Positions 62,953 to 64,000 of a DNA stretch of 64,000 nucleotides are shown here, in pieces; positions within the stretch are counted from its first letter, which is position 1, and each line of letters starts with the position of its first letter. The notes beneath the pieces were generated by a model. That model saw only the letters and a program-made list of their open reading frames with translations, did no database searches and was not told where the DNA came from. The DNA is from Lama glama. Taxonomy: Eukaryota. The stretch covers positions 65,412,001 to 65,476,000 of the forward strand of contig CM052817.1 of the NCBI GenBank assembly GCA_028534125.1, given 5' to 3'. Position numbers and translations under genes: made by a program.

Positions 62953-64000
62953 ACATCTTAGTGAGGGAAGAAAAGAGGGGATTCAGGAAGATAATTACAA
63001 GTGATGGAGGGGAAGTGCACTCAAATGTTTTAGTTACTTACAGCAAGATTGGGCTGTTAGATAGTATTGTTCAAGAAGTCCCAAGAGAAACTAACCCTCC
63101 ATCAGATCACAATTCTCTCCTTCCCAAGGCAGAAGGAAGCCATGCCCCAGAGGCAGGACTACAGCACTGTGGTGAGCTTAGCTTGGTGTCGAATTCCATT
63201 AGAGAACTCTGATTTGCTGGGCTGGGGAACAGAGTGATGCCTTCTCTCCTTACCCTGACTTCACACCAGTTTTAGCCTCCAGCTGGTTATGCCAGAGGAA
63301 TTTACATAGAAGAGAAGAAAATGCCAATCTTGGCAGTTTCAGGTTTTTGCATTTCTTCTCGAGTAAATTGTTGCTATTTATATTTCCCCATAAAGTCATC
63401 AATTTCATCAAAAATTTTAAAAGTATTAGCACAGAATGGTACAGAATTTTTTCTTTTCTAATTTGAAAATGAATTTTCTGTATTTATTACAGACTTTTTT
63501 TCACTTCTTGTTTTGTCTTTTCCCTCTTTTTTCTTCACTACTCTTTATTGACTCAAAAGCGAATGTTAATTCCTCTATTGTATCTCATCCCCTTGGAATC
63601 CTCAGACCACCTGTGCTCACATGCTGCCACTGCCTCTTAACCTGTGCTCTTAATGTCAGTTTCTTTGTGTCGTAGAAGTCACGCTCTTTTCCTGGCTTAT
63701 TGGAAAGATTCTCACAGTAAGTCAATTGCAGACTCGTGCTCTTCTGCTGAGTCTTCCTTACCGTGCTCTGTTCTCCTGTCCTGCAGCTTTTCTTCATAAG
63801 CTGCATTTTACTAGCTTGCTGTTTACTCTTACTTGAAAGAAATAGATATATTTATACCTGGTGTTTATAAGCACATACACTAGGTAGATTGCCTTGATCT
63901 CACTGACCATCCACTTGAGCGTTTGTTCAGTCTTCTCATGGGCAGGACAAGAGAACAAATTGTTACAGTTTCCATTTCCACTTCTGGAATTTGGCAGCCT

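Noticed and set aside
1..64000. Known miRNA hairpins, CRISPR arrays or prokaryotic systems
   Set aside because: I noticed no mature miRNA sequence I know and no regularly spaced repeat-spacer array; the DNA is mammalian. This was a by-eye scan, not an Rfam or miRBase search.

Overview
Mammalian nuclear DNA, most likely camelid. It contains a short tRNA-Ala(AGC)-derived SINE of vic-1 type and several cetartiodactyl-type L1 3' ends, and I saw no Alu, Bov-tA or PRE-1 elements. I recognise no protein-coding exon or RNA gene, so the window looks intronic or intergenic. Most ORFs in the track are chance ORFs or transposon relics. A large fraction is interspersed repeats: L2, MIR, L1 and CR1/L3; MLT1, MLT2, LTR16 and LTR33 LTRs; a decayed ERV-L provirus with readable gag/RT/RNaseH relics; MER20, MER45A, MER58A and MER5 hAT elements; and a Kanga/Tc2 element. 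There is one 500-N gap. The repeat-free islands hold a tiny CpG-dense block at about 2.0-2.2 kb, several TF-motif clusters, and splice-site-bounded segments at 27.3-32.4 kb that can be joined in phase into a speculative 75-aa ORF. Repeat family names come from recalled consensus sequences, not a search, and boundaries are approximate unless TSDs are given. I found no well-supported novel system; the leads are listed as findings.
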